The notes beneath the pieces were generated by a model. The model was not told where the DNA came from. It saw only the letters and a list, made by a program, of their open reading frames with translations, and searched no databases. A DNA stretch of 64,000 nt from Deltaproteobacteria bacterium (GTDB lineage Bacteria > Myxococcota > JACRCW01). Where the stretch lies: the NCBI GenBank assembly GCA_016218805.1, contig JACRCW010000065.1, positions 1 through 64,000 of the forward strand. The letters run 5' to 3'. Below, in pieces: positions 26,881 through 38,748 of the stretch. Numbering within the stretch: position 1 is the first letter of the stretch; each line of letters opens with the position of its first letter. Position numbers and translations under genes: made by a program.

Positions 26881-29286
26881 TCACAGCTTCACGCGCCGCA
26901 GCCGCAGGCTGTTGAGCACCACACTCACCGACGAGAACGCCATCGCCGCGCTGGCCAGCATGGGGCCGCCCAGGCTTGCCAGCAGCCCCGCCGCCGCCAC
27001 GGGGATGCACAGCACGTTGTACCCAAATGCCCACCACAGGTTCTGCCGGATGATTCTCAGCGTGGCGCGGGACAACGCCACCGCGTCTGCCACCGCCGTC
27101 AGCGACGGGCGCAGCAGCGTGACACCCGCGGTCTCCTTGGCCACGTCGGCCCCCGCGCCCATGGCCAGCCCCACGTCCGCGGCCGCCAGCGCGGGCGCGT
27201 CGTTCACGCCGTCGCCCACCATGCCCACCACGTGACCGTGCGCGTGCAGCGTGGCCACCTCCGCCGCCTTGTCCGCCGGCAGTGCGCCCGCCCGCCATTC
27301 CCCGTCGGACAGGCCCAGCTCACGCGCCACGGCGCGCGCCACCTCCGGCCGGTCCCCCGTCACCATCCGCGGTGATATGCCCAGCGCCCGTAGCCGCCCC
27401 AGCGCCTCACGCGAATCCGCGCGCAGCACGTCCTTGACGGCCAGCGCGCCCACCAGCGTCCCGTTGCGCGTCACGTAGACTGCCGTGGCGCCGTCCTCCA
27501 CGGCGGGCGCGGCCACCGCCTCCACGAATCCCGCGCTTCCCACCCGCACCACCGCGTCGCCCGTGCGGCCGCTCATGCCGCGGCCGGGCTCGTTGCGGAC
27601 GTCCGTGGCCGCGGGCACCGGCACGCCCAGCGCGCGCGCGTGGCGCACCACGGCTTCGGCAATGGGGTGCGTACCGTGGGCCTCCACCGCCGCGGCCAGC
27701 GAAACAACATCGTGGACGGTGGTTCCGTTGATCGGGTGCACGCCGGTCACTTCCGGGTGCCCCGCTGTGAGCGTGCCTGTCTTGTCCAGCACCATCGCGG
27801 TGAGCGCGCCGGCACGCTCCAGGCTCGCTGCGTCGCGCACCAGGATGCCCATGTGCGCGGCCCGGCCGGTGCCCACCATGATGCCCGTGGGCGTGGCCAG
27901 CCCCAGCGCGCACGGGCAGGCAATCACCAGCACGCTGACGGCGTGCACCAACGCGGTGGCCGCACTGCCGCCCCACGCCCACCAGCCCAGGAACGTCAGC
28001 AGCGCAATCCCCAGCACCACCGGCACAAACACCCCGCTCACCCGGTCCGCCAGCCGCTGCACCGGGCTCTTGGACGCCTGCGCGTCCTCCACCAGCCGGA
28101 TGATCTGCGCCAGCACGGTCTCCGCGCCCACGCGCGCCGCCGTCACCACCAGCGATCCGCCGCCGTTCACCGTGCCGGCGCTCACCTTGTCGCCACCCGC
28201 CTTGCGCACCGGCATGCTCTCGCCGGTGAGCAGGCTCTCGTCGATCTCGCTCTCTCCCTCGGTCACCGTGCCGTCCACCGGGACCTTTTCGCCCGGGCGC
28301 ACGCGCACCCCTTCCCCCACCGTCACACTGGCTGCCGGCACCTCCTGCTCCACACCGCCGCGGATCACGCGCGCCAGCTGCGGGCGCAGGTCCATCAGGG
28401 ACCGGATGGCGCGCGCCGCCGCGTGCCGCGCGCGCTCCTCCAGAAAGCGCCCGAACAGGATCAGCGTGACAATGACCGCCGAGGTCTCAAAGTACAGGTG
28501 CCCGTGCGCGCCCGTGGACACCTGCCACACGGAGAAGAAGTACGCGGCGGCGCTGCCAACCGCCACCAGCGTGTCCATGCCCGCCTGGAGGTGCCGCGCC
28601 TGCCGCAGCGACGTGGCAAAGAACCCGCGGCCAAACCAGAACGTGACCACCGTGGCCAGCGCCCACTCCATCAGCCCGCTGCCCGGGAAATGCAGCCCCG
28701 CCATGGACAGCACAAACACCGGCGCCGTGAACACCGCCGCACCCACCAGCCGGCGCCGCGCCATGCGCGTCTGGTCGGCCTCGCGTGCCTCCATGGATGC
28801 GGATGCGCCCGCGTCGTGGGTCACCGTCGCGGGAACCGGTGCCGCCTGGGGCTCCACGCCGTAGCCCGCCTCCGCCACCGCCGCGGCCAGCGCCGCGCGC
28901 GTGACGGCCCCGCCCACCCGCACCCGTGCCGCGCGCGTGGCCAGGTTCACGCTGGCCGCCTCCACGCCAGGGACGGACGCCAGCGCTTTTTCCACGTGCC
29001 GCACGCAGGCCGCGCACGTCATGCCCGTGATGGACAGGTCCAGCTCGCGCGGCGGATCGTCGTCGGGGAGCGGCGTGTAGCCCGCCTCGCGCACCGCTTC
29101 CTCCAGCGCCGCCACCGTCACGGACCCCGCGCCGTGCACCCGCGCCTTGCGCGTGGCCAGGTTGACGCTGGCTTCCGTCACGCCCGGCACCGCGCGCAGC
29201 GCCTTTTCCACGTGCGCCACGCAGGATGCGCACGTCATTCCATCCACCTGCATGGTCCGGGAAACCTGTGGGGTGCCGTCAGTCAT
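26881..29286 (-). CDS. copA: Copper-translocating P1B-type ATPase
   Basis: Two GMTCxxC HMA domains, [33 protein letters not shown] and MAFSS. Confidence 0.95.
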   Translation of the reverse strand: MTDGTPQVSRTMQVDGMTCASCVAHVEKALRAVPGVTEASVNLATRKARVHGAGSVTVAALEEAVREAGYTPLPDDDPPRELDLSITGMTCAACVRHVEKALASVPGVEAASVNLATRAARVRVGGAVTRAALAAAVAEAGYGVEPQAAPVPATVTHDAGASASMEAREADQTRMARRRLVGAAVFTAPVFVLSMAGLHFPGSGLMEWALATVVTFWFGRGFFATSLRQARHLQAGMDTLVAVGSAAAYFFSVWQVSTGAHGHLYFETSAVIVTLILFGRFLEERARHAAARAIRSLMDLRPQLARVIRGGVEQEVPAASVTVGEGVRVRPGEKVPVDGTVTEGESEIDESLLTGESMPVRKAGGDKVSAGTVNGGGSLVVTAARVGAETVLAQIIRLVEDAQASKSPVQRLADRVSGVFVPVVLGIALLTFLGWWAWGGSAATALVHAVSVLVIACPCALGLATPTGIMVGTGRAAHMGILVRDAASLERAGALTAMVLDKTGTLTAGHPEVTGVHPINGTTVHDVVSLAAAVEAHGTHPIAEAVVRHARALGVPVPAATDVRNEPGRGMSGRTGDAVVRVGSAGFVEAVAAPAVEDGATAVYVTRNGTLVGALAVKDVLRADSREALGRLRALGISPRMVTGDRPEVARAVARELGLSDGEWRAGALPADKAAEVATLHAHGHVVGMVGDGVNDAPALAAADVGLAMGAGADVAKETAGVTLLRPSLTAVADAVALSRATLRIIRQNLWWAFGYNVLCIPVAAAGLLASLGGPMLASAAMAFSSVSVVLNSLRLRRVKL

Positions 29287-29355
29287 GGGCCAGCAACATG
29301 GTTGCGCAGGTGGCGGTCGGCAAGGGTGCGGCCAGTTTGTCGTCGGGAGGACAGC

Positions 29356-29925
29356 TCAGGCGCGGGCGCCGCCGGGGACGTGCATGAACGCCATGGGGGA
29401 CACGCCCAGGCGCCGGTACGCGTCTTCCCAGCGCTGTTCCAGGGCCACGTCCCACAGGATGGCCGGGTCAAAGTCCGCGTACAGCCAGCTCCCGCGCTGG
29501 ATCTCCGTCCCCAGCTGGCCGGGGCCCCAGCCCGCGTAGCCCAGCAGCAGCTCAAAGCGCCCCTTGAGTTCGCCGCGCGCCGCCGCGGTGAGCACGTCCT
29601 TGGAGGGTGACAGGCTCAGGCTGGGCGTCACCTCCACGCCGGAGCCCATGGGCTGGTTGGCCGCGTGCTCGTACAGCACAAACCCCGTGGTCCCGCTCAC
29701 CGGCCCGCCGGACAGCACCGGCCGGTCACCCGTCAGCGGTTCAATCTCCAGCTCCTTGAGCAGCGTGTGCAGGCTCAGGCTGCTCTTGCGGTTCACCACA
29801 AACCCCAGCGACCCGTTGTCGTCGTGCAGCGCCATCAGCACCAGCGTGTGGTCAAAGTTGGGGTCACCCATGGGCGGTGGCGCCACCAGGAATCCGGGGA
29901 CCAGCTTGTCGTTCACGCCCGTCAT
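29356..29925 (-). CDS. YqgE/AlgH family protein
   Basis: MGDPNF, GFVVN, GGPV, LGYAGWGPGQL. Confidence 0.92.
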   Translation of the reverse strand: MTGVNDKLVPGFLVAPPPMGDPNFDHTLVLMALHDDNGSLGFVVNRKSSLSLHTLLKELEIEPLTGDRPVLSGGPVSGTTGFVLYEHAANQPMGSGVEVTPSLSLSPSKDVLTAAARGELKGRFELLLGYAGWGPGQLGTEIQRGSWLYADFDPAILWDVALEQRWEDAYRRLGVSPMAFMHVPGGARA

Positions 29926-30011
29926 GGCCTCATCCTAGCGGGCGTTGTGACGCCCTCCAACCCTCGTCGACAAGGCGGCGCGTGCGCCGCGTCACGCGGC
30001 CACCGGATGCG

Positions 30012-30785
30012 TCAGAGCAGCGTGACTTCCAGCTTGCGGTTGGCCACCAGCGCCTGGCCCGCCGGGATGGCCTGGAACCCCGGCGGCGTGCCCTGCCCGC
30101 CCAGCAGCAGCACGCCCCGGAAGCGGCGGTGGCTCTCGCGCAGCGGGAAGCTGTCCAGCGCGTGGCGGTCCATGGCGCAGCGCTGGCAGGCCAGGATGCC
30201 TTCGCGCAGGTTGTAGGACATGCCCGCACCGTTGTGCGCGCCGGCAATGAACCGCCCGTTGGAGACCATCACCACCACGCGCAGCGCACCAAACACGTCC
30301 AGCAGCCGCGCCAGCGCCGTCCCAACCACCCGCGGCGCCAGGTTGGCGTCCTCCAGCGGGTGCCGCTCCTCCACCAGGTTGGCCAGCAGGCGGTGGAACG
30401 CGGCTTCGGAGACGTGCTCGCCGGACATGTTGCGGCGCAGGAAGTCCGGCAGTCCGCGCAACAGCTCATCCCGCAGGGACTCCGGCCCGCCGCCCACCAT
30501 GGCAAACGACCACGCGCGGAACTTGTACGGCCCGCCGTCATCCGCGCCGTGGAAGTTGGACAGGAAGGTGCTGGTCCGCACCGGACCCACCAGGTCTTCC
30601 AGCGTGGTGCCCGCCGCCACGGGACTGGGCCTGAGGTTCAACAGCAGCCGGTCGTCCACGTAGTGCGCCAGGCCAAAGCCCGCCGCGTTGTCCGGCGCTT
30701 TCAGCGTGCCCTTCAGTTCGTGCAGGGCGCACGAAACCCGCTCTGGCTCGTTGGCGATGTAGCCCAGTGCGGAACACGTGCTCAT
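30012..30785 (-). CDS. Class II glutamine amidotransferase-like protein (divergent)
   Basis: GFGLAHY, PYKFRAWSFA, LPDFLRRNMSG..SEAAFH; start MSTCSALG. Confidence 0.65.
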   Translation of the reverse strand: MSTCSALGYIANEPERVSCALHELKGTLKAPDNAAGFGLAHYVDDRLLLNLRPSPVAAGTTLEDLVGPVRTSTFLSNFHGADDGGPYKFRAWSFAMVGGGPESLRDELLRGLPDFLRRNMSGEHVSEAAFHRLLANLVEERHPLEDANLAPRVVGTALARLLDVFGALRVVVMVSNGRFIAGAHNGAGMSYNLREGILACQRCAMDRHALDSFPLRESHRRFRGVLLLGGQGTPPGFQAIPAGQALVANRKLEVTLL

Positions 30786-31030
30786 ACTTGCAATGGTAGG
30801 GATGCGCCGCCTCCGCTGCAAGGACGGCCGCCGAGGGGTGCACACCGCTTTGCCAGCGTGTCAGGGCGTGGCCTAGCATCGCCGCGCCCACCCTCGCCCA
30901 CCCCGGTCTACGCCGCGCAGGCGGCTCCGTGGACGGTTGGCGGCGGTGTGGCAGGAACACGGCACCAGGCCCACGCGGCCGGAAACCAGCGGGGATGTCG
31001 GGCGCGCGCGGCGCCGGGGAGTGACGGGAA

Positions 31031-32638
<1,608 letters not shown>

Positions 32639-32673
32639 CTTCCCAAGCACACCCCGGGTAACCCACCACCGCC

Positions 32674-33219
32674 ATGGCCGACTACACCGAACCGCAATTC
32701 TGGCCCGTCCTCAAGCAGCTCGCGCAGAACATTGACGGGATGGATTACTACCAGATCCTCAACCTGGCCCAGGACGCCACGCCTGCGGACATCAAGGGCA
32801 GCTACTACGGCCAGAGCCGGTCCCTGCACCCGGACAAGTTCTACCACCTGGACGACGGCAGCCTGAAAGACGCGGTGCATAAGATCTACAAACGCGTCAC
32901 TGAGGCGTACAACGTCCTGCGCGACGACCGGAAGCGCAAGGTGTACACCGCCAACATCAACGGGCCGTCCCGCGCCACCAAGCTGCGCTTTGACGAGGCC
33001 ACCCAGGAGCAGGCCAAGGAGCAGGAGAAGCAGGAGAAGGAGGTCACCACCAACCCCAAGGCCAAGCCGCTGTATCTCAAGGCGGTGCAGCAGATGAACG
33101 CGGGGAACTGGGAGGGCGCGTTCAAGGACCTGCAGACCGCGGTCATGTTTGACGGCGGCAATGAGAAGCTCAAGGCGCTCAAGGACGAGGTGGACAAGCG
33201 CCGCAAGGAGAAGAAGTGA
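32674..33219 (+). CDS. J-domain protein with C-terminal TPR-like helix pair
   Basis: DYYQIL...HPDKF...EAYNVL. Confidence 0.9.
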   Translation: MADYTEPQFWPVLKQLAQNIDGMDYYQILNLAQDATPADIKGSYYGQSRSLHPDKFYHLDDGSLKDAVHKIYKRVTEAYNVLRDDRKRKVYTANINGPSRATKLRFDEATQEQAKEQEKQEKEVTTNPKAKPLYLKAVQQMNAGNWEGAFKDLQTAVMFDGGNEKLKALKDEVDKRRKEKK

Positions 33220-33261
33220 CGTGACAGGGCCGCACCGCGCCGCGCGTGGGAGGCTCCCGCC

Positions 33262-35442
33262 ATGATGCTGGAGCCGTTTGGCCGCTACATGCTCGTCGAA
33301 AAGATCGCCAAGGGCGGCATGGCCGAGGTGTTCCGCGCCGCACAGGTGGGCAGCGCCGGCTTTGCCAAGATGGTGGCCATCAAGCGCATCCTCCCGCACC
33401 TGGCGGAGGAACCCGCGTTCGTCACCATGCTGGTGGACGAAGCCAAGATCGCCGCCACGCTCATCCACCCCAACATCCTGCAGGTGCTGGACCTGGGCGA
33501 GCACAAGGGCCAGCACTTCATCACCATGGAATTTGTGGTGGGCCGCTCCATGGACGCGGTGCTGGCCACCGCGGCCAAGGCCGGCGTGCGCCTGCCGCAT
33601 GACTTCGCCGTCCACGTGGTCATGCTGGCGCTACAAGGGCTCGCGTTCGCGCACGAAAAGACCGACAGCTTTGGCAAGCCTGCGCACATCATCCACCGCG
33701 ACGTGTCACCCCACAACATCATGGTGGGCTTTGACGGCAGCGTGAAGCTGGCGGACTTTGGCATTGCGCGCGCGGCGGAGCGCAACACGCACACGCTGAC
33801 CGGCACCATCAAGGGCAAGCCCGGCTACATGAGCCCGGAGCAGGTGCAGGGCGAGCACATTGACCAGCGGCTGGACATCTACGCCATGGGCGTGGTGCTG
33901 CATGAATGCCTGGCCATGAAGCGCATGCGGCGCGCCAACTCGGACGTGCAGATCCTCATGGCGGTGGCGTCGGGCGAGTACCCCAAGTTTGAGGACCAGG
34001 GCATCCAGGTTCCGCCCGTGCTGTCCGCCGCCGTGTACAAAGCGCTGGCCCCGCGGCCGGCAGACCGCTGGCAGGGCGCGCGGCAGTTCATTGCCGCGCT
34101 GGAGGACGTCAACCGCGAACAGGGCTGGCACTGCACGCAGAGCCAGGTGGCCGGCATCATGGCGCGCCTGTTCCCCGCGGAGATTGAGAAGGAGCGCGAC
34201 GCGCAGGTGGAGTTTGCGCGCGTGATCAAGGAGCCGCCCGAGCCCGACGGGGTGAGCGTGATCCTGTCCGAGCCCAGCCAGGTGCTGCCGGGCGTGCACA
34301 CGCCGTCGCGGCCGTCCGTCTCCGGCGCGCGCACGGTGGCGCCGCCCACCCCCGCGCCGCCGCCCGCCGCCCGCCCCGCAGAACACGCCGCCTCCGCGCC
34401 GGTGCCGCCGCCCCCCGTTGCCAGCGACGAGCTGCCGACGACCGTCACGCCGCGCGGCCTGCCCAGCCTGGTGTCCGTGCCGGCCATGGCGCCCGTGGTG
34501 CAGCCTGCTCCGTTCATCCCGCCGCCCACGGACACCGCCCTGCGGGACCGTTCCGCGCGCGGGGGCGGGGGGATCGTGCTCGCCAGCGTGATGGCGGTCT
34601 GCGGGCTGGGCGCCGGCGCCTGGTTCTTCACGCGCCCCACGCCCGCGCCGCTTCCCCTGCCCGTTGCCACGCCCGCTCCGGTGGCCGCGGTGGGCGGACC
34701 GCTGGTGGTGGAGACGGACCCCGCGGGGGCCGCGGTCACCATTGATGGAAAGGCGCGCGAGGGGCGCACGCCCCTGGTGATCTCTGACCTCAGCCCGGGT
34801 GATCACGTGGTGGTGGCCGCGCTGGCCGGTGCGCGCGCGGAGCAACGCGAGACGGTGGCGCTGGCGGCGGGGACGGCGGCCACGGTGCGGCTGCGCTTTG
34901 AGCTGGCCGCGGTGACGGTGCGCGTGACCACGCAGCCTCCCGGGGCGCGCGTGACGCTGGACGGGCGCGCGCTGGGCACCAGCCCGCTGGAGGTGGAGGT
35001 GGATGCCCGGGCCGGCGGGACGCTGCGCGCGGAGGCGGTGGGGCACTCCCCGGCGGAGCGTCCGCTGGCGGCCGGCGCGGTGCCCTCCACGGCGGAGCTG
35101 GTGCTGCAACCGTTGCCCGTGGCCGCACCGGCGGAGAAGCCGGCCAAAAAGGGCGGCACGCGCAAGACGGAGCCGGTGCGTCGCCCCGGGAAGGAGCCCG
35201 CCGCGGTGGCGCCGGCGGCGGCGGACACCACGCCCGCCAAGCTGACCCTGACGTCCAAGCCGTGGGGCAACGTGTTCCTGGACGGGAAGGACACGGGAAA
35301 GTTCACGCCGGCGCTGGGCCTGTCCGTGCCGCCGGGGAAGCACACCATCAAGCTGGTGAACCCGGAGGAGGGCATCTCTGCCACCTTCACCGTCGACCTC
35401 AAGCCCGGAGAGGAAGCCAGCTTTTCGCGGGAGCTGAAGTGA
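33262..35442 (+). CDS. Ser/Thr protein kinase with TM and PEGA domains
   Basis: GGMAEVF, VAIK, HRDVSPHN, DFG, GYMSPE; PEGA repeats (TDPAGAAVTIDG). Confidence 0.95.
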   Translation: MMLEPFGRYMLVEKIAKGGMAEVFRAAQVGSAGFAKMVAIKRILPHLAEEPAFVTMLVDEAKIAATLIHPNILQVLDLGEHKGQHFITMEFVVGRSMDAVLATAAKAGVRLPHDFAVHVVMLALQGLAFAHEKTDSFGKPAHIIHRDVSPHNIMVGFDGSVKLADFGIARAAERNTHTLTGTIKGKPGYMSPEQVQGEHIDQRLDIYAMGVVLHECLAMKRMRRANSDVQILMAVASGEYPKFEDQGIQVPPVLSAAVYKALAPRPADRWQGARQFIAALEDVNREQGWHCTQSQVAGIMARLFPAEIEKERDAQVEFARVIKEPPEPDGVSVILSEPSQVLPGVHTPSRPSVSGARTVAPPTPAPPPAARPAEHAASAPVPPPPVASDELPTTVTPRGLPSLVSVPAMAPVVQPAPFIPPPTDTALRDRSARGGGGIVLASVMAVCGLGAGAWFFTRPTPAPLPLPVATPAPVAAVGGPLVVETDPAGAAVTIDGKAREGRTPLVISDLSPGDHVVVAALAGARAEQRETVALAAGTAATVRLRFELAAVTVRVTTQPPGARVTLDGRALGTSPLEVEVDARAGGTLRAEAVGHSPAERPLAAGAVPSTAELVLQPLPVAAPAEKPAKKGGTRKTEPVRRPGKEPAAVAPAAADTTPAKLTLTSKPWGNVFLDGKDTGKFTPALGLSVPPGKHTIKLVNPEEGISATFTVDLKPGEEASFSRELK

Positions 35443-35496
35443 CCGCGCCCCTGGTCCTGCTCTAGAGGACCGCCGGGGCAAACGGGCCGGACGGAC

Positions 35497-36672
35497 ATGC
35501 GCATCTACCTCAAGGACTGGGTCACGGCGGGCAACCTGCTGGCGGGCTTCGCAGCGGCGGTGTTCGCCATGCGCGGGGAACTGATGTGGGCGGCGCTGAT
35601 GATGCCCGTCGCCATGTTCTTTGACGCGTTTGACGGCATCGTCGCGCGGCTCACCAAGCGTTACAACAAGTTTGGCGGCGAACTGGACAACGTGTGCGAC
35701 CACATGAGCTACGGGGTGGCGCCCGGCTTCATGCTCTACGCCGCGTATGAACCGGTGTTCCGCCACGAACTGCAGCTCCCCGCGCTGGGCGCCGCCGCGC
35801 TCGCGTTCGCCGTCGGCAGTGTGCCGTTGGTGGCCGCCAGCCTGCGGTTCGCGCGGTTCAACACCTACCATTACGACACGCCGGGCTATTGGCTGGGCGT
35901 GGCGCGCCCGGTGACGGGGTTTGCGCTGGCCGCGCTGGTCAACAGCCACCTGTTCTCCGTGGGCCTGGCCGGGCGGATGGTGGGGCTGGGCCTGGTGCTC
36001 GCCTTTGGCGTGCTCAACGTCTCCACCTTCCCTTATCCCAATCACCACTCGCCCGGGCGCTCACCCAAGATCTACTGGTTTTACTACTTCCTCTTTGTTG
36101 GGCTGACGCTGGTGACCATCCTGCTGGGGCCGGTGCTGGGCCTGGTGCCCTACCAGTACGTGGGTGACGTCATCCTGTTCACCATGGGCAGCTACGCGTT
36201 CCTGGGCTGGATGGAGGTACCCGTCTCCGCGCGCCGCACCACGGAGGCCGCCGTGACGCGCGCCGAACTGCAGGTGGAGGGCCAGGCCATCACGGACACC
36301 ACCGTCCGCGCCTCCGCGCCGGTGACACCGTCGCTGCCGCCGCGGGTGGCCGCGGGCCTGGCCTACGTGCTGGGGCCGCTGACCGGGTTGTATGTGCTGC
36401 GGCGTCAGGCGGGCGCGGACAAGTACGTGGGCTTCCACGCCTGGCAGGCCATCTTCAGCGTGCTGGCCATTGGGTTCCCGTATTTCTTCCTCTTTGAGGT
36501 GGGCGGCATGGTGGCGCACTTGGCGCCGTCCGTGGACCTGGTGGGGTTGCTGTGGTGGCCCATGGCGGTGTTCTTCACGCTGTATTGGCTCGCGCTGCTG
36601 GTGGGCGCGTTCGCCGGGAGGAAGTGGTACGCGCCGTTCATCGGGTGGGCGGCGGACAAGCAGCTGGCCTGA
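35497..36672 (+). CDS. CDP-alcohol phosphatidyltransferase (PssA-like) fused to a DUF4870-like membrane domain
   Basis: DAFDGIVARL...GGELDNVCD..SYGVAP, LRFARFN; C-terminal AAGLAY..FHAWQA..APFIG. Confidence 0.82.
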   Translation: MRIYLKDWVTAGNLLAGFAAAVFAMRGELMWAALMMPVAMFFDAFDGIVARLTKRYNKFGGELDNVCDHMSYGVAPGFMLYAAYEPVFRHELQLPALGAAALAFAVGSVPLVAASLRFARFNTYHYDTPGYWLGVARPVTGFALAALVNSHLFSVGLAGRMVGLGLVLAFGVLNVSTFPYPNHHSPGRSPKIYWFYYFLFVGLTLVTILLGPVLGLVPYQYVGDVILFTMGSYAFLGWMEVPVSARRTTEAAVTRAELQVEGQAITDTTVRASAPVTPSLPPRVAAGLAYVLGPLTGLYVLRRQAGADKYVGFHAWQAIFSVLAIGFPYFFLFEVGGMVAHLAPSVDLVGLLWWPMAVFFTLYWLALLVGAFAGRKWYAPFIGWAADKQLA

Positions 36673-36678
36673 TGCGCG

Positions 36679-37491
36679 CTATTTGACGCCGACAACGTAG
36701 GTGAGCCAGCACGGCTCGGCGGGCAGGCGGTCACGCTGCCGGTAGATGGAGTTCCCCGCCTCCGAGTAGTCCTCCAGCCAATACACGACGGAGCGGCGGA
36801 AGCCCGCTTCGGTCAGCAGTTCGCGCACCTCCGGCATGGTCCACAGCCGCCAGTCGTATGTGAAGGCGCGGCGCAGGCGCGTCCCGTCGCGGAAGTGGAA
36901 GTTGATGTGGAACAGCGCGTGGTGGCTGACCGGGTCAAACCGCGCCTGCTCCCACTCGTAGGTGAACCCGCCGGGGATGCGCCGGCGTTCGCGGCGGTCC
37001 TCCTCCATGCAGGCGGCCCCGCCCATCATGTCCAGCAGCAGCACGCCCTGTGCGTCCAGGTTGCGGTGCGCCACGCGGAAGTACTCGCGCAGCTCCGGGC
37101 GCGTCTTGAACACCTGGAACGAGAAATTCTGCGCCGCCACCACGTCCACCTTGGGCCGCTGCGGGCTGCGCACGTCACGCTGCCACAGCGCCACGCGCTG
37201 CTTCTCCGCGGGCGTCAGTTCATTGAGGTTATGACGGTGACCCCAGTCCAGCGTGTCCCGGTCCAGGTCCACGCCCCACGCGTGCGCCTGCGTACGCCCG
37301 CGCACCCAGGAAGCGCACACCGCGGCCGTGCCGCAGAAGTCCTCGCGCAGCAGCCGGGGGTCGCGGCGGTACGCGTCGCGGTAGACGCGGCGGAGCATGT
37401 GGACCTCGTGGTCAGGGTCCTGCACGGAGGCCAGGTACAGCGCGTAGCGGTCCGCGGTCTTGGCGGTGGGCTTCTCAGTAACGCGTGACAT
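36679..37491 (-). CDS. Class I SAM-dependent methyltransferase
   Basis: LREDFCGTA, GVDLD, AQNFS, FTYDWRLW. Confidence 0.85.
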   Translation of the reverse strand: MSRVTEKPTAKTADRYALYLASVQDPDHEVHMLRRVYRDAYRRDPRLLREDFCGTAAVCASWVRGRTQAHAWGVDLDRDTLDWGHRHNLNELTPAEKQRVALWQRDVRSPQRPKVDVVAAQNFSFQVFKTRPELREYFRVAHRNLDAQGVLLLDMMGGAACMEEDRRERRRIPGGFTYEWEQARFDPVSHHALFHINFHFRDGTRLRRAFTYDWRLWTMPEVRELLTEAGFRRSVVYWLEDYSEAGNSIYRQRDRLPAEPCWLTYVVGVK

Positions 37492-37524
37492 GCGCGGCCC
37501 CTTGCCACGACGCGCGGCGGCCTG

Positions 37525-37878
37525 TCACCTCACGCGGAAGACTCCCAGGTCCAGCCGCGCGGCGCCCTCACTGACGCCGGGGTTGGGCTCGGGAAGGTCC
37601 ACGTCCACCTGCACGGTGGTGCGGAAGCGGACGTGCGTGCCCTCGTACAGGACCAGGTAGAGGTCCGGCTGCGTCTCGCTGGGGCTGTCCCGGCTGCGCA
37701 CGGAGGATGACGCAAACAGCACCTCCACCGTGCCCCGCGGGCTGAGCGGCGCGTCGCCCAGGAAGTCATCCCGGAGCACATCCTGATCGTACAGGCGTGC
37801 GTGGTAGTGGGCGCCGTGCAGCGGCGCCCCCGTCACGTCGTCAAGGAACGTCGCCCGGACCCGGATGAACCTCGCCAT
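37525..37878 (-). CDS. Hypothetical protein (transthyretin-like fold)
   Basis: LYDQDVLRDDFLG...ETQPDLY; start MARFIRV. Confidence 0.6.
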   Translation of the reverse strand: MARFIRVRATFLDDVTGAPLHGAHYHARLYDQDVLRDDFLGDAPLSPRGTVEVLFASSSVRSRDSPSETQPDLYLVLYEGTHVRFRTTVQVDVDLPEPNPGVSEGAARLDLGVFRVR

Positions 37879-37888
37879 CCGGGTGAAC

Positions 37889-38641
37889 CTAGCAGCCCGC
37901 GGCGGGCGTGGCGTCCCCGCGAACCCACCGCAGCGCGCACAGCCACGCGGTGATGCGCCCCAGGGTGACAAAGAAGATCGCATAGGCCAGCGGCAGCCAG
38001 GCGGGCACCAGCCCCAGCACCTGCGGGGCGGGGAAGTGCCAGGCGCCCGTGGCGGTGGCCGGCAGCTCCCAGACCAGTGCCAGCACCGCGCCAAACAACG
38101 CGCTCGCCACGTCGTGCGCCGAGTGGAACTGCCAGAGCACCAGGCCCAGGATCACCACGCACGCTGCGGCCTCCGGCGCGTTGCGCGTGCCCCACAGGAA
38201 GCTCGCCCCCACGTGGGCCGCCCACAGCAGCAGCGCCACGGCGGCGGCGCGTCCGCTCCCCTCCATCAGCGGCCGCGGCTGGCCCACCAGCGGGTTGAGC
38301 AGGCGGGGCAGAGCCAACAGCAGGATCGGGTAACAAATGAAGATGTACAGCGGGGACACCCCGGCCACGTCGCGGTTGTGGTGCACCCATACGCCGGCCA
38401 CATCCATCAGGAACTCGGTCAGGTTCCCCAGCGCGGCGCCCACCAGCAGTCCCGCCAGGTCCGCGCGGCGGTGCCACCGCGCCAGCAGCGCCGCCAGCAG
38501 CAGCACCTGCACCCACGCCACGGCCGCCGGCTCCCGGTACAGCAGGACAATCCCGCTGCTGCCCGCCGCCGCGCCGGCCAGCCCCACCGCCAACTCGTCC
38601 CAGCGCCGCAACGGGGCCGCATCCACCGCGTGGGTCGTCAT
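37889..38641 (-). CDS. Membrane protein with internal duplication (DUF2878-like)
   Basis: Two repeats of E....GxW motifs with hydrophobic helices. Confidence 0.6.
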   Translation of the reverse strand: MTTHAVDAAPLRRWDELAVGLAGAAAGSSGIVLLYREPAAVAWVQVLLLAALLARWHRRADLAGLLVGAALGNLTEFLMDVAGVWVHHNRDVAGVSPLYIFICYPILLLALPRLLNPLVGQPRPLMEGSGRAAAVALLLWAAHVGASFLWGTRNAPEAAACVVILGLVLWQFHSAHDVASALFGAVLALVWELPATATGAWHFPAPQVLGLVPAWLPLAYAIFFVTLGRITAWLCALRWVRGDATPAAGC

Positions 38642-38748
38642 CGGCGCGACCTATCCCGCCCGCACGGGCGCAGCAACGGCCCGTCCTTCACAAGTCTTCA
38701 CGGCCGGCCGCTGGAAACGGGCCCCGCCCCCGGGCATCTACCTCCCCA

